Shown: piece by piece, positions 1 through 8,245 of the stretch
Numbering within the stretch: the stretch's first letter is position 1
Layout: each line of letters starts with the position of its first letter
Origin: an uncultured Acidobacteriota bacterium
GTDB taxonomy: Bacteria; Acidobacteriota; Blastocatellia; Pyrinomonadales; Pyrinomonadaceae
Length of the DNA: 64,000 nt
NCBI GenBank assembly: GCA_963720905.1
Contig: CAVRHB010000007.1
Coordinates: 608,698 to 672,697, forward strand
Direction of reading: 5' to 3'
Notes under the pieces: generated by a model
The model's input: only the letters and a program-made list of their open reading frames with translations
Database searches by the model: none
Told to the model about the DNA's origin: nothing
Position numbers and translations under genes: made by a program

Positions 1-588
1 GAGTCCGGATAACCCATATGCAGCCGCAGCATAAAGCGGTCGAGCTGCGATTCGGGCAGCGGATATGTGCCGTGATGTTCGGACGGATTTTGCGTCGCGA
101 TCACCATAAACGGCAGCGGCAGATGCCGCGAACATTCCATCGACGGTGACCTGTTCTTCGGCCATTGCTTCGAGCAATGCGGATTGCGTCTTCGGCGTCG
201 CCCGATTGATTTCGTCGGCGAGAACGATGTTTGAAAATATCGGTCCGGGCTTCCATTCAAATTCTCCGCTCTGCTGATTAAAGATCGAAAGTCCGATCAC
301 ATCGGACGGCAAAAGATCGGACGTAAATTGGATTCGCTGAATCGAAAGATCAAGAGCACGGGCAAGGCGTTGAGCGAGCGTCGTTTTGCCGATGCCCGGA
401 ACGTCTTCGATCAAAAGATGGCCTTTCGCAAGCAAAGCGACAAGTGCGAATTTCACGGTTTCGGATTTGCCGCGGATGACGTTTTCGATCATCGCCTGCA
501 ATTCGGCGATCTTTTCGAACGGGATCGAATTCTGCAGCGGCGGCCGAGTCTTCGTGTTCGCTGTTCTTTCTGCTATCCAATCTCTCAT
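1..588 (-). CDS. MoxR-family AAA+ ATPase, N-terminal part. It runs off the window start, and the frame appears to shift near 120-141.
   Basis: Reverse translation from the ATG at 588 gives MRDWIAERT...[23 protein letters not shown] (Walker A) and ...[31 protein letters not shown]. The expected continuation [39 protein letters not shown] is encoded at 1-120 but in a different frame. Confidence 0.8.
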   Translation of the reverse strand, partial: MRDWIAERTANTKTRPPLQNSIPFEKIAELQAMIENVIRGKSETVKFALVALLAKGHLLIEDVPGIGKTTLAQRLARALDLSIQRIQFTSDLLPSDVIGLSIFNQQSGEFEWKPGPIFSNIVLADEINRATPKTQSALLEAMAEEQVTVDGMFAASAAAVYGDRDAKSVRTSRHISAARIAARPLYAAAAYGLSGL

Positions 589-822
589 CATTTGGCTTTG
601 CGGAGCATTTTGAAAACAGCTCACTATTTCATTCTACAAGATAACTATTGAACCTATTCTACATTTTTTGCGAAGCTTTCATTTTTAGCGCGAAGAGTCT
701 TGTCCGGCGGAAATTTTGTTCTGCGGGTTCGGCTTGCAAATTCAATGTATGAAACATTCTAAACTTTTGAAACTTAATCCTAATTTTTGCGTGAAATCGA
801 GTTAGGAGAAGCTTTAAACATT

Positions 823-1304
823 ATGACAAATTTACCCCAGAAATTACGCGACCAACGCGGATTTAACCTGATCGAATTGATGATCGTTATCGCGATCATC
901 GGCTTGCTGATCGGTGTCGGCACTGTTGGCTGGCAATCAATGATCGTTCGGGAAACGAAACGACCGCGGCTCAATCAGATGAAGCAAATACAGACATTAT
1001 CAAGCTCAGTACGCCTCGCGAAAAACAAGGGAAAATTCGCCTCATTTGACGAACTTATCTCCAGTGTCGGTCTCGACGAAACATATACCGGCGAGAATCC
1101 TGTAATAAACGGTTATGTTTTTACGATGACGGTCGAGGAATTCGGCGAGTACAACCGCCCTTCTATTCGATAACAGCCGATCCGCAGGTTCCCGAAGGAA
1201 TTACCGCCACAGGAACGCGGCATTATTATACCGATTCGTCGCTCGGCACAATAAAAGCCACCGACGAGAACCGTCCGGCAAAAGCCGACGACCCAGCTTT
1301 GTAA
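823..1304 (+). pseudogene. Type IV pilin-like protein with a prepilin N-terminal cleavage/methylation motif. The frame is interrupted near 1155-1161 as sequenced.
   Basis: The N-terminus reads MTNLPQKLRDQRGFNLIELMIVIAIIGLLIG, a G/F-x-LIEL class III signal. The listed ORF stops at 1173, but another frame continues FYSITADPQVPEGITATGTRHYYTDSSLGTIKATDENRPAKADDPAL to a stop at 1302-1304. That tail is typical of the C-terminus of this pilin class. Confidence 0.8.
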
Positions 1305-1316
1305 ACCTCGAATAAC

Positions 1317-1391
1317 GCCGACTTAGCTCAGTGGTAGAGCACTCGCTTCACACGCGATAGGTCACAAGTTCAAATCTTGTAGACGGCACCA
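1317..1391 (+). tRNA. tRNA-Val (anticodon CAC), with the CCA end encoded.
   Basis: Manual cloverleaf: acceptor GCCGACT/AGACGGC with one A5:A68 mismatch. D arm GCTC-AGTGGTA-GAGC. Anticodon stem-loop CTCGC-TTCACAC-GCGAT. T arm ACAAG-TTCAAAT-CTTGT. 3' end ACCA. Confidence 0.85.
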
Positions 1392-1465
1392 ATGATAGGA
1401 CGGGTTGGGAACCACAAATGTAAACAAGATAAGACCCGTCGCAAGTCTGTTTACCAAGGAAACTT

Positions 1466-1864
1466 ATGAAAGGCTTTAACTCAAACATCGAACAGGACAC
1501 TTTAGAAAACACCGATTTTCGCAGAGTTCTATACACGTCTAAACATTGCCAGTTGGTACTTATGAGTCTCAAGCCAAAGGAAGAGATCGGGCTCGAAACT
1601 CACGAAGAAAACGATCAGTTCTTACGGTTTGAAGGCGGAACCGGGGCGGTTCTTATTGATGACAATAGATATGAAGTAAAAGACGGCGATGCTGTAGTTG
1701 TACCCGCCGGCGCCCGACACAATGTCATTAACTTGTCGGACACTGATCAATTAAAGATCTATACGATCTATTCGCCGCCACATCACAAGGACGGCACGAT
1801 TCACGTCACGAAAAAAGACGCGGAAGAGAGCGACGAAGAATTCGACGGCAAAACGACGGAGTAA
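1466..1864 (+). CDS. Cupin domain protein.
   Basis: 132-aa ORF with an AAGGA RBS. The cupin core reads GLETHEENDQFLRFEGGTGAVLIDDNRYEVKDGDAVVVPAGARHNVIN. Confidence 0.8.
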   Translation: MKGFNSNIEQDTLENTDFRRVLYTSKHCQLVLMSLKPKEEIGLETHEENDQFLRFEGGTGAVLIDDNRYEVKDGDAVVVPAGARHNVINLSDTDQLKIYTIYSPPHHKDGTIHVTKKDAEESDEEFDGKTTE

Positions 1865-1933
1865 ATACCGCTCTCGGCGGAAATCGCGAGCCAGTGAAGA
1901 TCTCGATACGCAAAACGCTGCGTTACGTGTTCC

Positions 1934-2222
1934 TCATCTGGCTCTGTCGCTGTACCGGCAGCGGCACCAATTAACTGATCTTGTTGTGCCGCCAAAGTAA
2001 ACCAGTATGAGAACGATCAAATGAGCGGCGAACCAAATGTTGTTATATCCCATATTTTGATAAATAAAGATCAAGATTAGAATTCGCGGAATGAAGATCG
2101 CCAACAACACGTCGCCAATAAATCGGGATCGTGCTTTGGGGAAAATGTCCCTGAAGCAGGAAATACACCAATAGAACGATACGCGGGAAAAACAGAGAAA
2201 AGAGTAAGAAATAAAAGTCCAT
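1934..2222 (-). pseudogene. Small multi-pass membrane protein, probably frame-shifted near 2130 (tentative).
   Basis: A strong RBS (TAAGGAGG) lies 10 nt before the ATG at 2222. That start gives MDFYFLLFSLFFPRIVLLVYFLLQGHFPQ. The hydrophobic continuation RFIGDVLLAIFIPRILILIFIYQNMGYNNIWFAAHLIVLILVYFGG is in the frame of the listed 1934..2251 ORF. Confidence 0.35.
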
Positions 2223-2304
2223 CGGATCAAAACCTCCTTAATTTTAGGCAAGTTTGATAATTATCTCACAAGAAGGTTACTAGCGGAAATCAGTCAAAGG
2301 TCGC

Positions 2305-3042
2305 CTAATGCACTTCGCCTTTAAATGGAATATCGTATTCACGTCTGATCGTTTCATAACATTCGCAGGCAAAATGTTCGAGTTCATCGCGGTCGGTGAT
2401 GGTTATTAGGCCGCGGGAATATTTGATCATTCCTATATTTTGTAGGGTGATCGCCGACATCGTAACCGTTGCTCTGTTCGTGCCCAACATGATCGCGAGA
2501 AATTCTTGTGTAAGTCTGAGCTTATCTGTTTCAGACCGATCATGACACATCAGCAGCCATCGTGCGAGTCTTTCCTCGACGGTATGAAGCCTATTGCACA
2601 ATGCCGTTTGGCTTATCTGAAGCATAAGCAGCCTCATAAATTGGAGCAAAAGATCATGAAGTGCATCGGCTCTCTTAAATTCTCGTTTTACCGCATCGAC
2701 GGACATTCGGAGAGCACCGTTCGGAAGCTGTATTACATTTTCATTCAGCGTATTGTTGCTTCCCATCAAGACCTCAATTCCGGCCATACCTTCGTTTCCA
2801 ATAACACCTGCCTCTGCACATTGTCCGCTGATGGTTGTCGCAATAACAGAAACCATTGCATGATTCAAAAAGTAAACATGTTTGATCGGATCTTCGGGAA
2901 GATAGATGATCTGACCCAAAACAAGTTCAACTTCTTCGAGGTCAGGCCGAATACGCTCAAAATCTTCATCAGGCAATGCGTTTAATATGCGATTACTTGT
3001 TGAAAGTCTGAATTGGTTTCTGTAATTTGTCTTGTCGTGCAT
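2305..3042 (-). CDS. Crp/Fnr-family transcriptional regulator.
   Basis: 245 aa. It has an N-terminal cNMP-binding-like beta-barrel (VYFLNHAMVSVIATTISGQCAEAGVIGNEGMAG) and a C-terminal HTH (LTQEFLAIMLGTNRATVTMSAITLQNIGMIKYSRG). Confidence 0.85.
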   Translation of the reverse strand: MHDKTNYRNQFRLSTSNRILNALPDEDFERIRPDLEEVELVLGQIIYLPEDPIKHVYFLNHAMVSVIATTISGQCAEAGVIGNEGMAGIEVLMGSNNTLNENVIQLPNGALRMSVDAVKREFKRADALHDLLLQFMRLLMLQISQTALCNRLHTVEERLARWLLMCHDRSETDKLRLTQEFLAIMLGTNRATVTMSAITLQNIGMIKYSRGLITITDRDELEHFACECYETIRREYDIPFKGEVH

Positions 3043-3191
3043 AATCTGGCCGGCAGCTTTTCATGTTTGGAATCCGCGAGATCCATTAAGCATAAATGGG
3101 GCTGCAAACTTTTAAATTGCATTACCAAGTCCAAAATGATCAGCCTATCCGTTAAGTGCAGTTTATCACGATAGATATATGAAAATCAGCC

Positions 3192-3677
3192 CTAAAATAT
3201 TCGGTCGCCATTTTCAACAGGTTTGAAAGCGGGCAGAATACCTTCGGCTGAACGCCTCCGGAGAGTTTCCAAACCAAACCCGGGAGGCATTTGGCCGCCG
3301 GCATCATCCAAAAGTCGCGTGATCGTTCCGATCATGCGTTCTAGATCATTGGGCTTAACCAAGTATTCATTTGCTCCGGCATCTTTTGCTGTAAGAAGAT
3401 CGACAGGCCTAGACATTGCAGAATAAAAAATTATCGGAACGTTCCGATTCATCCGTCGCACTTGTCGGCAGAGTTCAGTTCCGGTGCCGTCGCGAAGTGC
3501 GTAATCGAATATGTAAAGATCAAAAGGCCTCTCGGCTATCAAGGCAGTTGCCTCAGCAATAGTCCTAACCGATCTGACCTCGAATTCATCGTCTGTATGC
3601 CGAAGCATAAACTCCATGAGGTCACAAGAATCCCGATCATCATCAACAAAAAGGATACGTGCAATAGGAACGGCCAT
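3192..3677 (-). CDS. Single-domain response regulator (CheY-like receiver).
   Basis: Motifs ILFVDDDRDSCDLM...FDLYIFDYALRDGTG...IIFYSAMSR...GANEYLVKP are present. There is no output domain and no adjacent histidine kinase. Confidence 0.85.
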   Translation of the reverse strand: MAVPIARILFVDDDRDSCDLMEFMLRHTDDEFEVRSVRTIAEATALIAERPFDLYIFDYALRDGTGTELCRQVRRMNRNVPIIFYSAMSRPVDLLTAKDAGANEYLVKPNDLERMIGTITRLLDDAGGQMPPGFGLETLRRRSAEGILPAFKPVENGDRIF

Positions 3678-3986
3678 ATTTACCTCCGTCAGATAACCAA
3701 ATCCAAACTCCGAAATAACATATTTTCAGGAAAAAAATGCAGGCTAAATAAATAATTAAAGAAGCCTGCACATGGTTTTCACCCAATTTCAAATAAATGA
3801 AAAGATTGTATAAAGAGATATTAGTGGGTATTTTTTTGGGGTTCCGTAATGTGGATAACATACAGAACATTTTTTTTCAGATATCCTTATTCCTAAGTCA
3901 TAAGAGGATAGTCACCAACAAATGCGATTTACCCCCCAGTATCATCGCTTTTCTCGAATGACGGCTTTTTAAGCAGAACAAGGGGT

Positions 3987-4024
3987 AAAGGATGCGCTTT
4001 GAACCATCGCGCATCCTTTTTTTT
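3987..4024 (+). terminator. Strong intrinsic terminator on the + strand with no annotated + strand gene upstream.
   Basis: 11-bp stem AAAGGATGCGC (3987-3997) pairs with GCGCATCCTTT (4009-4019). The loop is 11 nt. A T-run of 8 spans 4017-4024. Confidence 0.6.
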
Positions 4025-4050
4025 ATTAAAAAAGTGACGTCGTGTCGAAG

Positions 4051-4127
4051 TGGTGCTCCCGGGTGGATTCGAACCACCGGCCTTTCACTTAGGAGGCGAA
4101 CGCTCTATCCAACTGAGCTACGGGAGC
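4051..4127 (-). tRNA. tRNA-Arg (anticodon CCT), with the CCA end encoded.
   Basis: The reverse complement is GCTCCCGTAGCTCAGTTGGATAGAGCGTTCGCCTCCTAAGTGAAAGGCCGGTGGTTCGAATCCACCCGGGAGCACCA. The acceptor stem GCTCCCG/CGGGAGC is perfect, and the anticodon loop is CTCCTAA. Confidence 0.9.
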
Positions 4128-4129
4128 AA

Positions 4130-4658
4130 TTATTTAGGAATCGATAGTGCAGCAGCGATCATCACATTATAACCTTCGAATTTATTCCGACCGTTGAGGA
4201 AATCTAGTTCAACGACAAAATTCAGACCGACAACCTCTCCGCCGACGCTTTCGACTAGATCCACAACGGCTCGTGCAGTTCCGCCGGTTGCGAGCAGATC
4301 ATCAACGATCAAAACTTTATGACCTTCGCCGACCGCGTCTTTGTGCATCTCCAATGTGTCTGTTCCGTATTCGAGTTCATACGAGATCGAAACGCATTCG
4401 GCCGGCAAGCTTTTTAGGTTTGCGAACAGGGATAAAACCTGTCCCGAGTTCGATCGCCAGAGGCGCACCAAAAATAAAGCCGCGAGATTCGACGCCGATG
4501 ACCGTATCTATCTGCAATCCCTCGTTCAATTCTTTTAAGAGACGCACCGATTCGCGCAAGCCTTCGGCGTCTTTCAAAAGTGTTGTTATGTCGTAAAAAT
4601 TAATGCCCGGTTTTGGAAAATCGGGGACTTCGCGAATAAGTTTTTTTAAATTGTCCAT
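4130..4658 (-). pseudogene. apt: Adenine phosphoribosyltransferase, split by a frameshift at the T5 run 4411-4415 as sequenced.
   Basis: The N-terminal ORF reads [28 protein letters not shown]...[30 protein letters not shown]. The C-terminal ORF resumes [26 protein letters not shown]...[14 protein letters not shown], which contains the PRPP motif. Confidence 0.9.
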
Positions 4659-4670
4659 TTTCTGAAAATA

Positions 4671-4943
4671 TTATCGTTCGATCCTAAACGTTGAATAATG
4701 TTTGTCGGGGTCAAGAACTATTTCCTCAATTTCATCGACCCGCGAATATCTCGGTCCGGCGGAAATATCATCTCGAAATGCGTCGACCGCTTTCGTGCTT
4801 CCCTGAACCAACGCTTCAACCCGGCCGTCCTCGAGATTTTTAACATAACCACTCACCTGATGCCGGGCCGCAACACGCTGCGTAAAAAATCGGAAACCAA
4901 CACCTTGAACCATCCCTCTGATAAAATATTTGCGTGCGATCAT
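4671..4943 (-). CDS. acyP: Acylphosphatase.
   Basis: 90 aa. Contains the GMVQGVGFRFFT motif and GYVKNLEDGRVEALVQG. Confidence 0.85.
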   Translation of the reverse strand: MIARKYFIRGMVQGVGFRFFTQRVAARHQVSGYVKNLEDGRVEALVQGSTKAVDAFRDDISAGPRYSRVDEIEEIVLDPDKHYSTFRIER

Positions 4944-5054
4944 TCTCTTAAAACATCCGGCGATGTTATTTTGCCAATTTTATTTCGCGGTGTCCAAATC
5001 GGAACCTGAAAACAAATATTTACAATCTGTCGATTACGTGTAAAAATCCTTGTG

Positions 5055-5921
5055 ATGTTTCGTTCGGTCGCTCTTACAATCTTGTTTGCCGTTTCGGCTT
5101 CGTGCATCTTTGCACAACAGCGTCCGCTGTTGACTGAAGATGTGGACACCACGCCGGAAGGCGCGTTCGAACTCGCAGCCGGCGTAGATTTTTTGCAAAA
5201 AGCAAATTTCCCTGTTTCGGGTTACCGCGGCGATCTAACGCGGGTCGGCGATGTTCGCATCAGCGTTGGGTTTTCAAAAAATGTTGAATTTCAGATCGAC
5301 GGCGTGTTGCAAAATTTTCTCTCGATAGATTCGCGGCAACCGATAAATGATCCGGTCGGAATCGCGACCGGAAATTCGACGAACGACGTTGGCGATTTCA
5401 CACTATCGACAAAGATCCGCGTTTTGAATGAGACTCAGCACCGACCGGCCTTCGGCTTCACGGTCGGCTTTCAACTTCCTAATTCGAACCAAGCACGCGG
5501 CATCGGCACTAACCAGATCAATGTTTTTGGTAAAGTTATAGCCCAAAAACGGTTCGGCAGCCGCAGCAAAGGCGTTGCCAAAGTGAATGTTTTTGGAAAC
5601 CTCGGTATTGGGATATTTTCCGCTCCGCTCGCGCCGTTCACCCAGAACGACATGCTGCTTTATGGCCTTGCGGGAATTTATCGGGTCAATGATTCGGTAA
5701 ACGTGGTCGCCGAAGTCAACGGCAGAGCAAATACGCGTCCTGAAAATGTTCCGGTCGGCACCGAAAGCTTTGGTCAATTCCGCGTCGGCACACAGATCAA
5801 AGCCTCTAATCTGCGTTTCGACACCGCTGCGATCTTCGGACTTACCAAATTCACGCCAAAAACCGGCGTAACATTCGGCGTAACATACATCTCGCCAAAA
5901 TTCTTCACTCCGGCTCAGTAA
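5055..5921 (+). CDS. Putative outer-membrane beta-barrel protein.
   Basis: The signal peptide is MFRSVALTILFAVSASCIFAQQ. Alternating hydrophobic beta-strand patterns follow, for example FGFTVGFQL, LYGLAGIYRV and GVTFGVTYISP. The family assignment is uncertain. Confidence 0.5.
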   Translation: MFRSVALTILFAVSASCIFAQQRPLLTEDVDTTPEGAFELAAGVDFLQKANFPVSGYRGDLTRVGDVRISVGFSKNVEFQIDGVLQNFLSIDSRQPINDPVGIATGNSTNDVGDFTLSTKIRVLNETQHRPAFGFTVGFQLPNSNQARGIGTNQINVFGKVIAQKRFGSRSKGVAKVNVFGNLGIGIFSAPLAPFTQNDMLLYGLAGIYRVNDSVNVVAEVNGRANTRPENVPVGTESFGQFRVGTQIKASNLRFDTAAIFGLTKFTPKTGVTFGVTYISPKFFTPAQ

Positions 5922-6723
5922 GCATCGTTTCGCCATCGATCAAGTGGTTCAGAGGCGGATGACCGCCGCCGAACATTGGCGATGTTTTGATGCCTGTAGC
6001 AACAAATCTTTTTGCAATTCCTATCGCATTCGAAAGGGTTTTGCCATTCGCAACGCAAGCTGTAATGGCTGCTGCGAGCGTACAGCCGGTTCCGTGTGTT
6101 GCGATTGAATCGATAAATTCGCCGTCGAAAATCTCAGTGCCTTTTTGAGTGAAAAGAAGATCGCGCATTCGTTCACTTTCCATATGTCCGCCTTTTATCA
6201 GAACGGCAGTCGCACCCATAGATAATATCTGTCGCCCAGCCGTCTCTATGTCTACTTTGGTTTTAATTGCGATTCCGGTGATCCGTTCTGCTTCAGGGAT
6301 ATTCGGTGTAACGACGATGGCAAGCGGAAATAGTTCCTCAACCAGTGATCTTAGAGCAGCATCATCGATCAGATCATATCCGGAAGTTGATCTAACAACC
6401 GGATCGACTATCAAATTCAAAAACTTTCTTTCTTTCAATATCGCTGCGGTTTCACGGATAACCTCTTCGGTAGGAAGCATTCCGGTCTTTGCGGCATCAA
6501 CCTGCAGGTCGTCAAATATCGGAACAAGCTGCCCGCGAATCGTCTTTGCCGATTGGCTCTCTGAGCCGAAAACCTCCGCGGTATTCTGAAACGTGATCGA
6601 AGAAACCGCCGCCGCTCCGTAACAGCCAAATGCGGCAAACGTTTTCAGGTCAGCGATAATCCCCGCCCCGCCCGAAGGATCAAGCCCGGCTATCGTCAAG
6701 CAAATTTTTTGATCTCGTTTCAT
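5905..6723 (-). CDS. thiD: Hydroxymethylpyrimidine/phosphomethylpyrimidine kinase.
   Basis: The start MKRDQKICLTIAGLDPSGGAGIIADLKTF was chosen at 6723. Motifs VDPVVRSTSGYDLI, TPNIPEAE, VLIKGGH and THGTGCTLAAAI are present. Confidence 0.85.
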   Translation of the reverse strand: MKRDQKICLTIAGLDPSGGAGIIADLKTFAAFGCYGAAAVSSITFQNTAEVFGSESQSAKTIRGQLVPIFDDLQVDAAKTGMLPTEEVIRETAAILKERKFLNLIVDPVVRSTSGYDLIDDAALRSLVEELFPLAIVVTPNIPEAERITGIAIKTKVDIETAGRQILSMGATAVLIKGGHMESERMRDLLFTQKGTEIFDGEFIDSIATHGTGCTLAAAITACVANGKTLSNAIGIAKRFVATGIKTSPMFGGGHPPLNHLIDGETMLTEPE

Positions 6724-7339
6724 TACAAATTCTATACAGAGTTGCCTTGTCTTCCAAAGATCGGATCGCCGCAAAACCCACCGCACCAGATTCTAATAAA
6801 TTTCGCCAATTGCTTTCGTCGATCCCGCCCAAAGCCAAAAGCGGAAACGCGTCAAGTTCTTTAGCGATCGACAAAAACTTTTCCGGCCCGATCGGTTCCC
6901 CTTTTCCCGGTGTTGAAAAAACCGGCCCTAGCACAGCAAGATCGGCTCCGTTCTTTTTTGCGGTCGCAGCTTCTTGCTGACTATGCGTCGAAACTCCGAT
7001 CAAAAAGCCATCCGGAACAGATCGCCGAACCACATCTGCTGGGATCGAATTCGCCGTCAAATGGACTCCGTCCGCACCAGCGGCAACCGCTATATCAAAT
7101 CTATCATTTACGAGGATCGCTGTCCGCGAACCGCGAGCAATATCAACCACAGCTATCGCGAGTTCGACAACCTGCGACGCGGTCAAATTCTTCTCGCGTA
7201 TCTGAACCATCGAAACACCCGCTTCGACAGCTGCAGAAATATGCTCGATCAATTCTATTTTGTTTTTATTGAAATTTGCGGGCGTCGAGTGGCCCGGCGT
7301 GATTAGATAAACGATCGGCTGCCGAAGCGGCGTTTTCAC
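6680..7339 (-). CDS. thiE: Thiamine-phosphate synthase.
   Basis: A GTG start at 7339 overlaps the upstream stop (GTGA). Motifs VYLITPG...VSMVQIREK...ILVNDRFDIAVAAGADGVHL...IGVSTH...DLAVLGPVFSTPGK...LALGGI are present. Confidence 0.85.
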   Translation of the reverse strand: MKTPLRQPIVYLITPGHSTPANFNKNKIELIEHISAAVEAGVSMVQIREKNLTASQVVELAIAVVDIARGSRTAILVNDRFDIAVAAGADGVHLTANSIPADVVRRSVPDGFLIGVSTHSQQEAATAKKNGADLAVLGPVFSTPGKGEPIGPEKFLSIAKELDAFPLLALGGIDESNWRNLLESGAVGFAAIRSLEDKATLYRICNETRSKNLLDDSRA

Positions 7340-7635
7340 AGCCTTCCCCGATCTATCTGATGCTCGCTCAGGGCAGCAACGCTGTTGCGGAAATGTGCGG
7401 CTTCCCAAAATGCGATCATCAGATTCAGAACTCCCAAGCCGGTTACCGCTCCGCGAAACCATGTCGATGCGACGATCTCACGCAAACCCGGCCATTTCAC
7501 AAGATCGGCGATAAATACAAGCACGTAATTTTCGCCCCAGCTTCCGAAGAGCGTATCCCACGGAGCCAAGATCAGATAAAACCCCAGCAGCAGACAAAGC
7601 ATTATGAAAAATATAACGGTAAGACGTTCAACCAT
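7336..7635 (-). CDS. Small membrane protein (hypothetical), first gene of an apparent operon with thiE-thiD.
   Basis: 99 aa with hydrophobic segments VIFFIMLCLLLGFYLILAPW and GAVTGLGVLNLMIAFW. Its stop overlaps the thiE start. Confidence 0.5.
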   Translation of the reverse strand: MVERLTVIFFIMLCLLLGFYLILAPWDTLFGSWGENYVLVFIADLVKWPGLREIVASTWFRGAVTGLGVLNLMIAFWEAAHFRNSVAALSEHQIDRGRL

Positions 7636-7740
7636 AATGAGCTGCTACAATTTGGAGTTTCCTTTTATATTGGATTTCACAACCATGAATAGGAAAAGAG
7701 TTTATAACAGGTTTGCTGGTTTCGGCAATTTCCACGCGCG

Positions 7741-7771
7741 AAAAGACGGCACCGTTTTGATACCGTCTTTT
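7741..7771 (-). terminator. Hairpin downstream of the Pro/Lys-rich peptide gene. It is a possible bidirectional terminator.
   Basis: 9-bp stem AAAAGACGG (7741-7749) pairs with CCGTCTTTT (7763-7771). The loop is 13 nt, and the U-tract is partly inside the stem. Confidence 0.4.
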
Positions 7772-7790
7772 GATTCAATTTTCCTTTTGA

Positions 7791-8003
7791 TCAAACCAGA
7801 TCATTTCGCGAAACCGCTATCGATTCGACAAAAGCGTATCCTGGCTTCTGAGGCTTTTCCGGCGGCTTTTCAGGTTTGCCTGGTTTTACCACCGGCGGCG
7901 GATTCTTCGGCGGCGGCTTTTCCGGCTTCTGTTGAGCTGAAGCCGCGGCCGAAAGGCCGACAACCGCGATCAATGTAAATAAAAACTGTTTCATTAACTT
8001 CAT
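7791..8003 (-). CDS. Small secreted Pro/Lys-rich repeat protein (hypothetical).
   Basis: An AAAGAGGA RBS precedes the ATG at 8003. The signal peptide is MKLMKQFLFTLIAVVGLSAAASAQ, followed by QKPEKPPPKNPPPVVKPGKPEKPPEKPQKPG. Confidence 0.5.
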   Translation of the reverse strand: MKLMKQFLFTLIAVVGLSAAASAQQKPEKPPPKNPPPVVKPGKPEKPPEKPQKPGYAFVESIAVSRNDLV

Positions 8004-8245
8004 TATCTTATACCGTCCTCTTTCCTTAATACTTTCTACGCAGTGGGGAAGAAGGAAAGTGCGTCGCTTATTTAATATGCAATACTGATGCCACAACCGT
8101 TATTCATCAATAATCACAATATAACCAGAGTTTTAATATCGAATTTATAACATTTTCAACAGATCGTTAACCTTTTCGGCGAACTTCATACGAAAACGTC
8201 TATTGTTTTCGGCCAACTAAAGCAAACATTGCTATAATCGAAATT

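Noticed and set aside
328-651. A 107-aa + strand ORF at the window start.
   Set aside because: It is antisense to the MoxR-type ATPase, whose Walker A/B motifs are unambiguous on the minus strand.
725-738. GG-N10-GC element (GGGTTCGGCTTGCA) as a sigma-54 promoter for the pilin gene.
   Set aside because: The -12 TTGCA is good, but the -24 region (GCGGGT versus TGGCAC) matches only the GG dinucleotide. It is plausible biologically but not supported by sequence alone.
1399-1420. CGGGTTGGGAACCAC, just after tRNA-Val, resembles the T-arm segment CGGGTGGATTCGAACCAC of the tRNA-Arg gene at 4051-4078. It could be an att remnant delimiting an island.
   Set aside because: The match needs a 3-nt gap and does not extend into the acceptor end. 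No integrase is present, so it is compatible with chance.
2253-2270. TGTGAGATAATTATCAAA (minus strand) as a CRP/FNR-type operator upstream of the small membrane protein gene, next to the Crp-family regulator.
   Set aside because: Only one half-site (TGTGA) matches the consensus. The second half (TATCA versus TCACA, or ATCAA) is weak, so I cannot support it without comparative data.
4377-4471. Programmed ribosomal frameshifting as an explanation for the split genes (apt, leuS, malQ, moaD and others).
   Set aside because: The sites share no slippery heptamer or downstream structure. They occur in unrelated housekeeping genes and are often in plain homopolymers, so indel error or mutation is far more likely.
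6680-7462. The 260-aa version of the thiE ORF starting at 7462.
   Set aside because: The first 41 codons are Arg/Ser-rich, overlap the upstream membrane-protein gene and have no ThiE homology. The GTG at 7339, overlapping the upstream stop (GTGA), fits the family N-terminus VYLITPG.
7636-7790. I looked for TPP (THI-box) riboswitches upstream of the thiE-thiD operon, and also upstream of thiG at 61073-61355 and upstream of the E1-like gene at 11245-11266.
   Set aside because: I could not find the conserved CTGAGA...ACCTGATCTGGATAATGCCAGCG core on the relevant strand in any of these regions. An Rfam covariance search would be needed to be certain.
7604-7978. A 124-aa + strand ORF overlapping the Pro/Lys-rich peptide gene.
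   Set aside because: It is antisense to a gene with a good RBS and signal peptide. Its own product is low-complexity (AADSSAAAFPAS...) with no start context.
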